Assembly: GCA_013265495.1 (NCBI GenBank)
Contig: MU060667.1
Coordinates: 372,001-436,000 of the forward strand
DNA length: 64,000 bases
Direction: 5' to 3'
DNA from: Vicugna vicugna
Lineage: Eukaryota
In this document: positions 37,121 to 49,205 of the stretch, one piece after another
How positions within the stretch are numbered: the first letter of the stretch is position 1
Layout of the letters: each line of letters starts with the position of its first letter
Made by a program: the position numbers and the translations under genes
The notes under the pieces: model-generated
What the model saw: the letters and a program-made list of their open reading frames with translations, nothing else
Told to the model about the DNA's origin: nothing
The model's database searches: none

Positions 37121-38013
37121 GTACAAAAAGACTTATTTACAAGTTGAACATGTCATCTCAATTCATAGCATGTAGAAAAAGCTAAAAATGTTTGGGAGAT
37201 ATAAATTTGACTGGGTGATTCACCTACAGTGTTTGCTGGGATGATGGCTTTTGTACAGACTATATACAGGCGGGGGATGGCTAGTGAAACTGTAGCTCAG
37301 GGAGTGAACACGCACCACACAGAGCCCAGACCTTTGGGGATGTCCCAGGGCTGTTATGTGAAGTTTCCCTTGTCTTTGGACCTGGACCAACCATCTGATG
37401 TTCTGGGATGTAGATGCCCAAGTGAGGTTTTGGCCCTGTCCTGGTTGAAGCCAGGGTCACAGTCCGTATCAAGTTCCTAGTGGTGCAGTTGGTTTGGGTA
37501 AGGTTGCCACAGATGCAACACGGGAAAGGTGCTGGGTGTTTGTATATGTATGTGGTGGGGAGAATACATCAACTCACGCTACTGTACGTTCAGGAACAAT
37601 GCCTTCTGACAGCAGTTCCAAATTCCATTCCCGGGTGGGGCTTGGTCACACCGAATAGGAAAATTCAGTGACGGTCCCTCAGAGTTTCAAGAATCAACCC
37701 TTTCACCCTCCCACCCCCACCCCTACCCAAAACATCATGCATGCCATTGTTCTCTGTGAAATGAACAGGAGGGCAGAGGGAAAGGAGTCCAGAAGATACG
37801 AGGCCTGCATGTTGTGGCTTGGGGTAGACCGCTGGGCTGCTGGTGAGCGGACAGCATGGCCTGGAGGAACTTGGCTGGAAGCTGCCATCAAGCCCCAGGG
37901 TTTTCCAAGGTTGAGTGGGTGGAGAGTGCAGGGTTGGGTAAACATGCAACTTTCTCTTCCTACTGGGAGACCTCTAGGGAGGCTGGAGGCTGGAACCTGG
38001 GCGCCCAACTCAC

Positions 38014-38019
38014 TTTATT
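38014..38019 (-). terminator. Possible proximal poly(A) signal AATAAA in the GLI2 3'UTR
   Basis: Plus-strand tttatt. The downstream element is weak. Confidence 0.3.
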
Positions 38020-38910
38020 AAGGCCCCAGCCCACGCCGATTCAGCTCACCTGGGTCCATCCCTAACGCACAGCAGCTCCAGCAGCCCCGAGGTATTTAGA
38101 AATGTGTTCTTTTCAGGAAGGGCTACATTCTACACGCATGAACACTGTAAACATGGTCTGGAGAGGCCAGGGCAGCTTCTGGGCTTGCCCTGAGGATGAT
38201 ACACTTTTTTCTTTCCTTTTTGGGGCAATACTTCCATACTTTCTTCCTTCACATACACTTGGACAGTCTGCAAACTTGGCTTTGTGGGGTAGAGATGCCA
38301 GCTCTACCAAACCTGGAATCAGGATGTCCTCTTCCAAATCATCCAGGGAAAATCTTTTTTTTCCCCCCTCCATGGCAAGAGAAGTGTTAAAGGCCTCAAG
38401 AATTAAGCTTCACAGAAGAAATTCCAGTGGGCCAGGAATTCCTTTACCTCGCAGGCTCCAGAGTAAGAGGCTTCTCTTCCTGGATTAGCATCTCCAGCAT
38501 GGCTTTCAGATTCAAACCCAAATGTGGTTCCTCTCCCCTCTTTCTTCATGGACTTGGAAGGCCCTTGGCCAATGCAGTCCTTCATTAGCCAAATGACAGC
38601 GGTGACGAAGCCAGAACAGAGTGGTCCTATAAACATCAAAGGCTGGGAAGCACTGTGTAAACGAGTTTTTCATTCCTGCCTTGACTTTCCCATTGAGACT
38701 TTTTCCAGTATTCTGAAAAATAATCTACAAGAAGACCAGACAGGAGGCACATGAACATGCCTTTAAAGCATCTGTGGCCTGAACCAGCCACTGGCCAAAC
38801 TCCCTCAGACCTATTTAATACTTTTTTGGAAAAAGATGAAATGGACAAAAGCCCCATTCTCTGGGAAGCGATGGTCCCTCTGGGTCCGCTCAGCACCAGG
38901 GGCTGGGGCC

Positions 38911-41369
38911 TTAGGTCATCATGTTCAGGAACTTGCTCTCCTCGGCCAGGCTGGTGAGCATGGAGCTCATGTCCCCGACGGCCATGTTGCTGATGCCCGT
39001 GGGGATGGAGGGCAGCGTCAGGGAGTTCCGGGGGGTGGTGAGGCGGGAGGAGTTCTGGGAGAGGCTGTGCAGGAGGCTGGGGCTCAGAGCGCCTGAGAGC
39101 AAGCTGGAGTGATCACCATCATCCATGATGGCATCAAAATCAATCTGGGGGGCCTCCAGTAGCTGGGAGTCCACAGTGCTGGACACCTGGTTGACCCCTG
39201 GCGAGGGCAAGGGCTGGGGCTGGATGCTGTCCGGGCAGGCCTGTGGCTGTGGTGGCTGGGGCCGCGTGACCTGGCAGCCTACCTGGTTTTCGAGGCCTCC
39301 ATTCTGCTCATACATGTGGATCTGGCCGTAGTAGTAGAGCATGTTGTGGTCCTGGGCCGCGCCTGTGTCCTGCGAGGGTGGCTGCGGAGGCAGTGACAAC
39401 ATGCTGCCCATTGTTCCCTTGGGCACAGACTCTGCCATCTCCTGGTTGGCTAACCCTGCAGCCATGGCATGACCAGTGGCCCTGGCATAGGCCAGCTGCT
39501 GCCCAGCACGCACCCCATGGTGGCGGCCAGCAGGGCTGGGCTCGGGAGGTGGCCGGGGTTGCACTAGGCCAAAGCTTGATCCAGCCACCCCCACTATGCC
39601 TTGCTGGGGCTCCATGAAGCCAGGCTGGTGGGAAGGCAGGAGGCTGGGGCCTTGGCGGTAGCCCTCCTGACCCATGGCAGTTGCCAGGTGATGGCTCTGC
39701 TGTGGGTAGCTCTGGGCTGGGTGAGGTGGTGGCATCCCAGCCAGGGTGGAACTGGGGATCCCAAGTTCCCTGTGGCTGCTGCCCATCATGGTGGGGACAG
39801 GAGCAACCTCCATTTGTTGGGGGAGCCCTAGGTGGCCTGGCTTGGCTGCCATGTTGTTACAGGATCGGGGGAACTGGTTCAGGGCCCCACCCATAGTACT
39901 GGGGCTCAGCTGGGGGTGGGCCTGGCTGTAGCTGGTGTGGGGGCTCACAGCCATGGCCATGCTGGGACACTGGCCACCTGGGACTGGCTGCCGAAGCTGC
40001 TGCATATAATTTACCCTGGGCGCAGAGGGGGCTCCGCTGCAGGGCTGAAGGTGTGGCTGCGAGCCGTCCAGGCCGCCAGGGCTTGGCTGCAGGCCTTGGG
40101 AACTGTAGCCTGGATACTGGCTGAAGGCTGGTTTCTGCTGTACCACAGCTAGGTTGCCCTGTGTAAAGGGCTGCGGAGGCTTCACCTGGCTGGTCAGGGA
40201 GTCCATGGTGCCAGAGCTCACCTCATTCCACTGCACAGGCATGCTGTTTTTGTTCAGGCTGGAGGGAGCACCATAGCCCAACTGGCAGCCGCCCAGCACA
40301 GGGTTGGAGGGGCCCACGTTGGAATCTGCAGCCGCTATTCTGCGCTGGCCGTGCAGCCCTGGGCTGGGCAGTTTGGGGTTCTCAGAGAAGCAGGTGCTTT
40401 CCGGGGGATATACCTGCGGGGTGCCCTCATCCAGGGCACCGCTGGCATGCGCCTTAATGTACTGCACCACGTCATCGGGCAGCACGAGGTCATCCTCAGG
40501 CAGCTCGAGGCTGACTTCGGGGCCCGTGCCGTCCGCCCCCGCCGCCAGGGCCTCCATCGCCACATTCTCGCTGATGCTGGGAGGCCGGGGAGAGTAGGCG
40601 CTGCGGGCCAGGCCGCCGTCGGCGCTCATGTGGCTCTGCAGGCGGAGGCCTCGCCTCTCGGTGCAGGGTGGCAGAGGGGCCGGGTTCACGTTGTGGGCGC
40701 TGTGGAAGCGCTGCACCCGCGGAGGCGCCAGGGTGTCGGGACGCCTCACCGGATCACTGGCCCGCCGCGCCCCGCAGCCCGGCGCCTCGTGGGGAAAGGC
40801 GGGTGCTGGCCCGGCGTGGCCGTAGGCCGGCCCGTCGCTGCCCCGCCGTGGCCCGATCGGGTGCGGGCAGGCGGCCGGCAGCGCGCGCTCGGGCGCGTCC
40901 AGCAGCGCCAGCCTGGTCCGCAGGCTCACGCGCTCCAGGCCGGGCAGCGGCGTGGGTGGCGGTCCGCCCGTGGCGGCCGCGTACTTGGCCCGCAGGCTGT
41001 ACTGCTGGGCGGGCGTGAGCTGGAGCAACCCCGAGCCGGCGCCGCTGCACTGGCTGGCCTCGCTCGAGCGCCGCGACGCGTCGGTGGAGATGGGGTCGTA
41101 GGAGTCGGCGGNNNNNNNNNNNNNNNNNNNNNNNNNNNNNNNNNNNNNNNNNNNNNNNNNNNNNNNNNNNNNNNNNNNNNNNNNNNNNNNNNNNNNNNNN
41201 NNNNNNNNNNNNNNNNNNNNNNNNNNNNNNNNNNNNNNNNNNNNNNNNNNNNNNNNNNNNNNNNNNNGCATGGTCACCTCGCTTGCGGACAGCTCGGACA
41301 GCCGTGGGTTGGGAAGCAGCCCCGCCGGCCCGCCGCCCCCACTGCCGCTGTAATTTTCCAACATGGAGC
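38911..41369 (-). CDS. GLI2: GLI2 terminal coding exon (2459 bp to TAA): PKA sites (RRSS, RRGS, RRAS), DSYDPIS motif and activation domain ending SLAEESKFLNMMT*; interrupted by an N-run at 41112-41267
   Basis: Acceptor ctcccacag|GC at 41370/41369. The 817-aa ORF 38911..41364(-) matches the GLI2 C-terminus. Confidence 0.98.
40480..41360. other. CpG-rich, GC-rich gene-body island in the last GLI2 exon
   Basis: Very dense CG dinucleotides compared with the rest of the window. Confidence 0.8.
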
Positions 41370-42796
41370 CTGTGGGAGAGGAGAGGGGTCAGCTCTGGGG
41401 ACAGAGGGCGGTGCTGCGCCTGCCTGGACCGTACCAAGTCTGCAGGGCCCGGACCCTGGAGTGGGGCCTGGCCCACCGCAAGCACTTAACCAATGATTAA
41501 GGAAGGATCAGTAAATGAATAAATAATGGTACTTATTGCTAGAGTGGGTTAGGGGAAGTCAGGGGGCTTGACCTCAATCGTAGCTGCCGGGCTGACCCTG
41601 TGCTCTCCTTATGTCCGATCCTCAGTTTCTCCAGCTGTGGATGGAATGTGTCTCTCCCATAACACTGGGTTCCTGAGAAGAGCCCAGGATGGCACAGAAC
41701 ACAGCCTCCCTGCACCCTCACCATCCATGGATGAGTGTTGCCAGTTGGGCTCCCCTGGGACTGAGTTTACTAGGCAGGCTGTTTATAGGGAGTGTCCTGA
41801 GAGCCACAGCCAGGGAAGGAAGGGGCGGCAGCAGAGAAGGCAGGGGAGAGAGTTGCATCGCAGGTCCATCGACAGCCATTGGCTGATCTCACAGGGAGCT
41901 CTGGTGATCAGCCAGAGCTGATGTGGGCCACCCCAGGAAGGCGTTACCTTGGGTGAGGCAGCAGTTAGCATTAGCACCCCAAGTCATCTTTGTAGTTGCA
42001 GGCCATCTGCCAGTAGTTCCCTTAACAGCTGGGGCAACAAATCTTCCCTCTCTCAACGTATCTCTTGAAGAGAGAGCTGGCTGGTACCTCTCATCGTCCA
42101 CCTCTCCATAACTCAATCCTACAGTCCATACTGGGCCGCCAGTCCCTGAGGGCAGCCTAGAGGCTCAGTGCCCCAGCGTGCCTGGTGTCCAGCCTGGCAG
42201 AGTCCACATTTGATAAGTGCTGAGTGAAGACTCCTTCCATCTTAAAGCCTGGCCAACACCTCCTGAGGCTGACAACAAGGCTGCCTTCTCCACGAGGCCC
42301 CCCTGCTTTTCCCCAGCTGGCGGGTTTCTCCCTGTTCTGCACAGCATTTCCTTGAGCTCTGCCCTCGGTGCTACTTGGCTCATCCTGCATCTGGCGGCAT
42401 GGCCTTCTGACTAGAGGGACTGGGAATATAGTGCTGTCCTGCAGAGGGCCTTGTAGTGGTACCCATAGAAGGTGCCTGATAAACCAGTGAATGGGTCGTG
42501 AAGAGGATGATGTAAGCAGGATCTGTCTGTTTCTAGGGGTTACGGGGATACAGCATGGTATAGCTGAAGGAGCATGGGCTTTGGAGCCACTCAAGCCTGG
42601 GTGAAGTCTCAGCTCTGCTGAGGGAAGCACTTTACCTCTCAGAGTCTCAACTTTCTTGTCTGTGCAATGGGCTCGTAAGATCCATCCTATTGTGGGCCCA
42701 CAGTGAGAGGGCACAAAGTGCTTGATGGGCATGAACCTCACTGGGCTGCCTTGGGTTCCCTCCCACCTCACCCGCACGACCAGGGCCTCCACTTAC

Positions 42797-43133
42797 CACT
42801 TCCCGGGAGGGGAGGCAGCTTGGAGTTCCGGGTGTGTGGAGCCGGCCCCGCCCATGAGCAGGAATCCTTGAGCGACTTGAGCTTCTCCTTCTTGAGCTGC
42901 TCGAACCTGTGCACGGCGGTCATGTGTTTGCGCAGCTGCAGGCCACCGGCAGAGGGCGCTGCCAGGGCAGAGGCGTCAGCCCCTGTCGGCATGTCATCCA
43001 GAGCTGTCAGGTCGGCCAGGCTCCCCGGCCCTGTGCCTGGCAACTCCACGCCGCTGTCATTGTTGGGGGCAGTGCCCAGGGGAGAGGGCTCGCTGCTGCA
43101 GGAAGACTGAGCCCCAGGGCTGGACTGACATAG
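42797..43133 (-). CDS. GLI2: GLI2 coding exon (337 bp): LCQSSPGAQSSCSSEPSPLGTAPNNDSGVELPG...KLPPLPGS(G); includes the DSGVE motif
   Basis: Acceptor cctgcag|CTA and donor G|gtaag. Present in ORF 42768..43049(-). Confidence 0.97.
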
Positions 43134-43856
43134 CTGCAGGGGGCGTGGTGAGAAGGCACAGACTCAGAGGGTGCCAGCACCTGCCGGGCCCTGCACCCAC
43201 GCCGCCCCCTTGCACACCCAGCAGTGGGAAGGAAGCTGCTGTGTGCGTGAGAGAGCTTGCAAAGCATCACTCTCTGAACATCGGCTTCCCCAACTAGAAG
43301 CTGGCCCTGAACTGCCTCTGGGACAGAGTTACTGGATGGATGGAGACCACCCAGCACGTAGAAGGCACCGACTAATTGTCAGGCACCCACTCCCACCCAG
43401 CCCCCAGCCCCCTGCCCTGCTCCTAAGCTCTCCCAGCCAGTGTGTAAGCTGGAGATCTGCCTGTTGCCCTTCCAGTGTGTGGATGCTTGTGGACACTACA
43501 AAGCTGTGCCCCACAGAGACCGCCGCAGCCATGTGAAGTTGCCACGAAAGAGGGAACTGAAGCATCTCAAGAACTGCGACGTGCCACTCCATGAACAAGG
43601 AGTGATGAAGCCTGCTGACCTGGTGCGTGCTCATCAGGCCAGAGGCAGGCTGTTAGAAAGGGAAAGACTGACCACGGAGGGTGGAATTCCTGGGTACAGC
43701 CTTGCTCCTTGCCTGAATGGCCACCCCAAAAGGCCTGACCTCCCTCTGAGTCAGGGTGAAGTGGGCTGAGAGCTCACGGCACGCACGTACCATGAGGAAC
43801 CCACAGAACCTAGGCTACCTCCACTTGACCTGGGATCTGAGCCCAAATGAGGCTCA

Positions 43857-45171
43857 CCTTGGATGCAGCATCTCTGACTCCCTCCTAGCCTGAATGCTCC
43901 CAAATTCCAGACCTTTCCTTGGGAAGCTGCACTGCTCTCTCCTGCCCCCAGCACCACCCACATTCCTCACCTTGGCACTCCAGACCTTCTGTAGGTCAGA
44001 TCTTCCCTCCTCTGCAGCCCAGATTCACACCTCCACTCTGCCCTGTCCCTCATGCAGGTTTGGTCCCCACCACTTCCTTCTGCACCTGTAAGCGTGACTC
44101 CTGCTGCCGGCCTTTGCCGGTTCCGATGGCCTCACCTGCAATGCCTGCGGTCTGCCTATCCAAACCCGCCTTCCTGGGCCCACGAGGAGCCTGGCCAAGC
44201 ACCCGAGCCCCCCTCACTGACGCCAGCCCACCCATATCCCCACCCGGCTCCTCTGCTCACCTCAGTACCGTCTATCCTTAGGGGAGGTACAGTCAGGAGA
44301 AAGAGGTGGAGACAAAGAACAGGTGGTTAGAACAAAAGGAGTGGAGGCCAGAGGGGCAAGGACGCAGAGACAGGACAGAGGAGCGGGGAGCAGCTGCGGC
44401 GCCTGGGCGCTGGGTGGAGAGGCAGACACCAGGAACCACCCCGCCCCCTTGCAGATCATGTCAGCTTCTATGGGAGGCCCAAGGTGAAGGGAGGAAAGTC
44501 AAGCTGGAGAGAGGAGGGACATCACTGTGCTCCTGGAGAGGGGCCCCGGGACAGAGCCCACAGCTGCAATTGGGCTGTGGAATCGCCCTCATGCCTCTGG
44601 GCTTGGCCTCCTGGGGGTGGGGGCATGGATGGGGCCCCGCTGCCCAGCTCTGCTTACCCCGGAGCTCTCCGTCTTGATGGCTTTGACGTGCAGGCAGTCC
44701 TCCACAGCCTGGCTGGTGCTGCTGGCCTCCGCGCTCTCCTCGGAGCCCCTGCTGGGCTCGGCACTGGCCTCGTGGTCCCCGTTCTCCTTGAGCAGGGGGG
44801 CGCGGAGGTGCACGTCATTGCGCTGCTTCTTGGTGACATGAGCATCTGGGCCGTGTACCGTTTTCACGTGCTTCCGGAGAGAACTGGGGTCCGTATATCT
44901 CTTGGTGCAGCCTGGGATCTTGCAGATGTAGGGTTTCTGGGAAGAGATGAGGCCTGTGTTACAGATGGGATGTGAAGACAAACTTTGAATGGGAGCACTC
45001 CCTGAAGCCCATGCTGTGTCCTTTGACAGAGCCTGGCTGTCATAGTTGGAAGGCACTTGGCCCATTTGCAGCCAGTGTCCCCCTGGATGGAGCCATCTCA
45101 GCCCAGCCTGCAGGAGCCTGGCCCTGCCAGCCTTGGATGCAGCATCTCTGACTCCCTCCTAGCCTGAATGC
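43857..45171 (+). repeat. Perfect 41-bp dispersed direct repeat ccttggatgcagcatctctgactccctcctagcctgaatgc at 43857-43897 and 45131-45171
   Basis: Direct comparison of the two copies. The peptide [14 protein letters not shown] appears in two separate ORF-track entries. Confidence 0.95.
44658..44936 (-). CDS. GLI2: GLI2 coding exon (279 bp): [40 protein letters not shown]...IKTESSG; ZF5 plus the basic NLS-like segment
   Basis: Acceptor cttcccag|AAA and donor GGG|gtaag; both flanking introns are phase 0. Present in ORF 44589..45065(-). Confidence 0.98.
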
Positions 45172-45469
45172 AGGTAAGCATTGATTAAGGGAGGCCCCCA
45201 CCACAAACTGGGGACACGGATCAGAGACTATGAAGGAAGGGGACACCCCGTACCTGGCATGATCATCAACGATCAGGGCCCTGGAATTTTTAATATCAGT
45301 AGTGAGTGTATTACCTCGTTATTTATCTGTGAGACATTGCTAATATCCTGATCTCTCTCGTGAGGAAAGACAGGTTCAGAGAGGCAAAGAAATTGGGTAA
45401 AAGTCACACAGGAATGGAATGAAAACCCAGGGTTTTGAAACCTCCATCCTGAGCTTTATACACACACCT

Positions 45470-45690
45470 GATATCCACATATAGACATACTCCCCCACAT
45501 CCACACACACACATGAACACATACACGTATATAAACACCCACATGTGTACACAAACTTACAAACACATATGCATACACCCCACACACATAATGCATATAT
45601 CCACCTCCACACACATAGCAACACATATCCCCACATGCACATACATACCTGCAAACACACATACCAACCTACACACACACACACACACCC
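45470..45690. repeat. CA-rich low-complexity tract ((UG)-rich on the GLI2 pre-mRNA)
   Basis: Imperfect (CA/TA)n over ~220 bp. Confidence 0.9.
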
Positions 45691-46249
45691 CCCTCTCCAA
45701 GACTAGCTCTTGTCTCTAGACACTCTGAGGTGTTCAGGTGCCTTTGGGAATTCCTCGCACTTCTGACAAGCACTGCAGCAAGTCCCTTGTGGGTCCAAAA
45801 TGGATCTGAACTTTTAGAAACATTCTTTCCTGAGTCCACCTGAGCCACAGCAGTTGAGAGGCTGGTGGGGCCTGGAAGGCGGGTACAGCAGACACTACGG
45901 GCTTCTGCCCAACTTTCCTCCCTGGGCTCTTTCTGCCCTGCCAGGAGCTCTGGCTGCCTGGGGAGACAGAGGCTGCTTTGTGCCCCATCAGCAGGGGGCT
46001 GACAGCCACGGCAGGCCCAGGCAGCGCTGGAGGCTTGAACATGTCATCAGCAGCTGTCCAGGCTGTGGGGACGGGGCTGCCGCTGTGAGCTGAGCTGGAC
46101 AGCAGGTCAGTGAGGGGGGCGGGGGGGATGCCTGGCACCTGGCTACTGAATGGCCTACAGATGTCTAGAAGCCGAGGATTGAGAGTGATGCACTTATGCA
46201 TGTGTCTGCGGGGCCCACACACCCCCCCACGCCCACCCTGGCCCGGTAC

Positions 46250-46414
46250 CTCATTGGAGTGGGTGCGGTTCTGGTGCTTGGCGCGGTCCGAGGCGTTGGA
46301 GAAGGCTTTGTTGCAGCCCTCGTGCTCGCACACATACGGCTTCTCCCCGGTGTGGGACCGAAGGTGTGTCTTCAAGTTCTCCAGGCGAGAGTAGGCCTTC
46401 GAGCAGCCCTCAAA
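46250..46414 (-). CDS. GLI2: GLI2 coding exon (165 bp): [55 protein letters not shown]; ZF3 and ZF4
   Basis: Acceptor cttcccag|TTT and donor GAG|gtacc. Invariant GLI-family finger sequence. Confidence 0.98.
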
Positions 46415-46849
46415 CTGGGAAGAGGAGGGTTCTGTCAGTAAGGGCCCCCTAGGGTCCAACACAAAGACCTTGAATTTGGGCTGACCCGCTGCCTCCTCCC
46501 GACCTTGTCTGCTCCACCCTGCAGGTGCACCCAGGAGTGTGTATCTTAATGATAACATTTGTCTTCCTTCCTGATTACAAAAATGACTTATGGCCAACTT
46601 TAGAAAACTTGGAAGGGTCTGAAGAATGCAAAGAGGAAAATGAAAACCTTCAACTGCCCAAGGACAGCCTCTGACGACATCCAGGCAAGTCTCATTCTGG
46701 GAACTTTCCAGTTCAAGCCTGACCATTTTTTAAAACCCAAATTGGGAACATTAGTATTGAGTGTCTTAGTCTGCTTGGTAAAATCAACAGCACGTTGTGA
46801 GACTCTTCTCGTAGGATTAAAAACTCTGTCAATATTATTTTAGTCTGTT

Positions 46850-47290
46850 CCCCAATGTCCCTCCCTCACTAGAACTTTTCTTTGCATTAATATTTGCTGA
46901 GAATAAAATCCAGAGTCCTCTGATTCCCTGAGTGAGCTGGTCACCTCACCCTCTCTCCGGCCACGATGCTCTCCTTTCTGGTCCTTGACCCCACTAAGTT
47001 CTTCCCGGTGAGGGGCCTTTCACACACTGTCTCCCCTGGCTGGAACCCTTCCCCTGCCCCCACTCCTCTGGCCCTGGCCTGGCCCCCTCCTTGTAGGCCA
47101 TCTCCTTTGAAAGCAATTCTCTGATATTCTTCATTATAATACTACCCTTTTCCCTTTACACTCCCTAACACAATTTAGAATTATCTTAACCATTTTGTTG
47201 TCCAGCCCTTCCACTAGGATACAAGTTCCGTGAGAGCGTGGACCTTCTAGGCTTTATTCATTTGTGTTCCCAGTACTTAGTGCCTGATGA
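46850..47290 (+). mobile_element. L2 3' end in a GLI2 intron
   Basis: gaataaaatccagagtcct... gggcctttcacacactgtctccc.tggctggaac ... ttcccagtacttagtgcctga. Confidence 0.65.
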
Positions 47291-47589
47291 AAAGAAAACT
47301 GGGGGCACTCAAGAAACATTTTAGGAAAGGAAGAAAAGAGTGAGCAAGAGCGAGTGGCAGGGAGGGAGGGAGGGAGGACCATTGCAGGAGGGGCCTATTC
47401 CAAAGATACTGAAATTGCATCCAGTGTAGCTGTGAAAACTGGCCCCAGAATGGCATGTCAGCCCCAGCAAGAACCATCTCATTTTTCACATCCTCCCCTT
47501 ATTCCTGACAAATCTGACCGAGCACACTTAGCTCCAATGCCTTTTATCTGTTTCTTGAACTTACAGCTCATATCAGAGGGCTCTAGTTG

Positions 47590-49205
47590 GCTAGCACTCA
47601 GGATGTTAAGAAAATAACTTGCTGCAAAGGACCCAGAAAAGCCAAAACAATCTTACAAAAGGGGGACAAATTTGGAGCACTGACAGTCTCCAGTTTCAAA
47701 ACTCACTACAATACTACAGTCATCAAGACCGTGTGTGGTATTGACGTCAGGGCACACATAGTGATCAAGGGAAGAGAACTGAGAGTCCAGAAATATAGGA
47801 ATCAACAGGTGGCCTCTGAAACACACCAAAATTCATATGGCTAATGGAAGAGAGTTCAGAAATAAACTCAGTTGGTTTTCAATAAGGGTCCAAGTCCATT
47901 CAATGGGGAAAAATAGTCTCTTCAACAAATGGGATGGGGACAACTGCATAACACATGTGAGAGAATGAAATTGGACCCTTACTGTACACCATACACAAAA
48001 ATTAACTTAAAATGGACTAAAGACCTAAATGGAAGATGCTATCTTATTAAAAAAATATATATTTATATACTTATAGAAATAAAATGATGTATCTATCAAC
48101 TGTAAAGCTCACAGAAGGAAACAAAGGGGTGAATCTTTGTGACCTTAGATTAGGCAGCTTTTTCTTAGATATGACACTGAAAGCACAAGCAATTAAAAAA
48201 CGAGACATTGTGAAAAATTAAAAAACTTTTATGCTACAAAGGAACTATGAAGAAAATGAAAAGAAAACCTACAGAATGGGAGAAAACATGTGTAAACCAT
48301 ATCCAGTCAGGGTCTAGTAAAACTGCTACAATTCAACAACAGAAAGACAAATAATTCAATTTAAAAATGGGCAAAATATTTGAGTAGACATTTCTCCAAA
48401 GAAGATATACAAATAGCCAATGAGCACGTGAAAGGATGCTTGACGTCATCAGTCACTAGGGAAATGCTCATCAAAACCACAATGAGATGCAGACCCACAC
48501 ACACTAGGATGACAAGGTAATAGTCAAAAGGCAGGTAACAAGGTGTGGTGGTGAGGATGTGGAGAAATCAGAACCCACACACATAGCTGGTGGTCACGTA
48601 AAATGATGTAGCCTTCTTGGAAAACAGTCTAGCAGGTCCTTAAAAAGTCGAAAATAGATTTACTATACGCCGACCAATTCCACTCCTAGATATATAAGTA
48701 AAAGAACTGAAAACATATATCCATACGAAACTGGTTCATGAATGTTCATAGCAACATTATTCACAGTAGTCAAAAAGTAAAAAAATGCCAATAGCCACCA
48801 ACTGATGAATAGATTAAAAAAATGTGATCTGTCCAGAGTGGAAAATTATTGAGCCATACAAAGAAACGAAGTCCTTATCCGCGCTACAACATGGATGAAC
48901 CTTGAAAACATGCTAAGTGAAGGGAGCCAGACACAAAGGCTACAACATGGTATGATTCCATCTTTATGAACTGTCAAGAACAGGCAAATTCCTAGAGACA
49001 AAAAGCAGGGTAGTGGTGGTCAGGGGATGCAGGGAAGGAAAGAAAGGGGAGTGATTGCTTTTGGGGACAGGGTTTCTTTTTGGCGGGATGAAAATATTCT
49101 CAAATTAGCTAGGGGTGAAGGTTGCACAGCTTTGTGAATACACTCAAAGTCACCCTTTTTGGAAAAGGGTGAACTTCATGGTATGTGAATTTTATCTCAG
49201 TTAAA
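47590..49205 (+). mobile_element. L1M (MB-like) ORF2 3' part and 3'UTR, antisense to GLI2
   Basis: caaaactcactacaatactacagtcatcaagac, aatagtctcttcaacaaatggg and atggatgaaccttgaaaacatgctaagtgaagggagccagacacaaagg. Confidence 0.85.

Larger units (their letters stand above)
37095..38910 (-). other. GLI2: GLI2 3'UTR (~1.8 kb; cleavage site approximate)
   Basis: Runs from the stop codon to an ATTAAA signal followed by a U/GU-rich tract (ataatttattttgtctgtctgcttcttcc on the minus strand). The end position is inferred. Confidence 0.7.

Noticed and set aside
40351-41496. 381-aa plus-strand ORF antisense to the last GLI2 exon, and other long overlapping ORFs there
   Set aside because: A by-product of GC-rich coding sequence on the opposite strand. 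It spans the N-run and has no recognisable protein features.
45734-46726. 330-aa ORF containing zinc fingers as a standalone gene
   Set aside because: It is the 165-bp GLI2 exon read through into both flanking introns.
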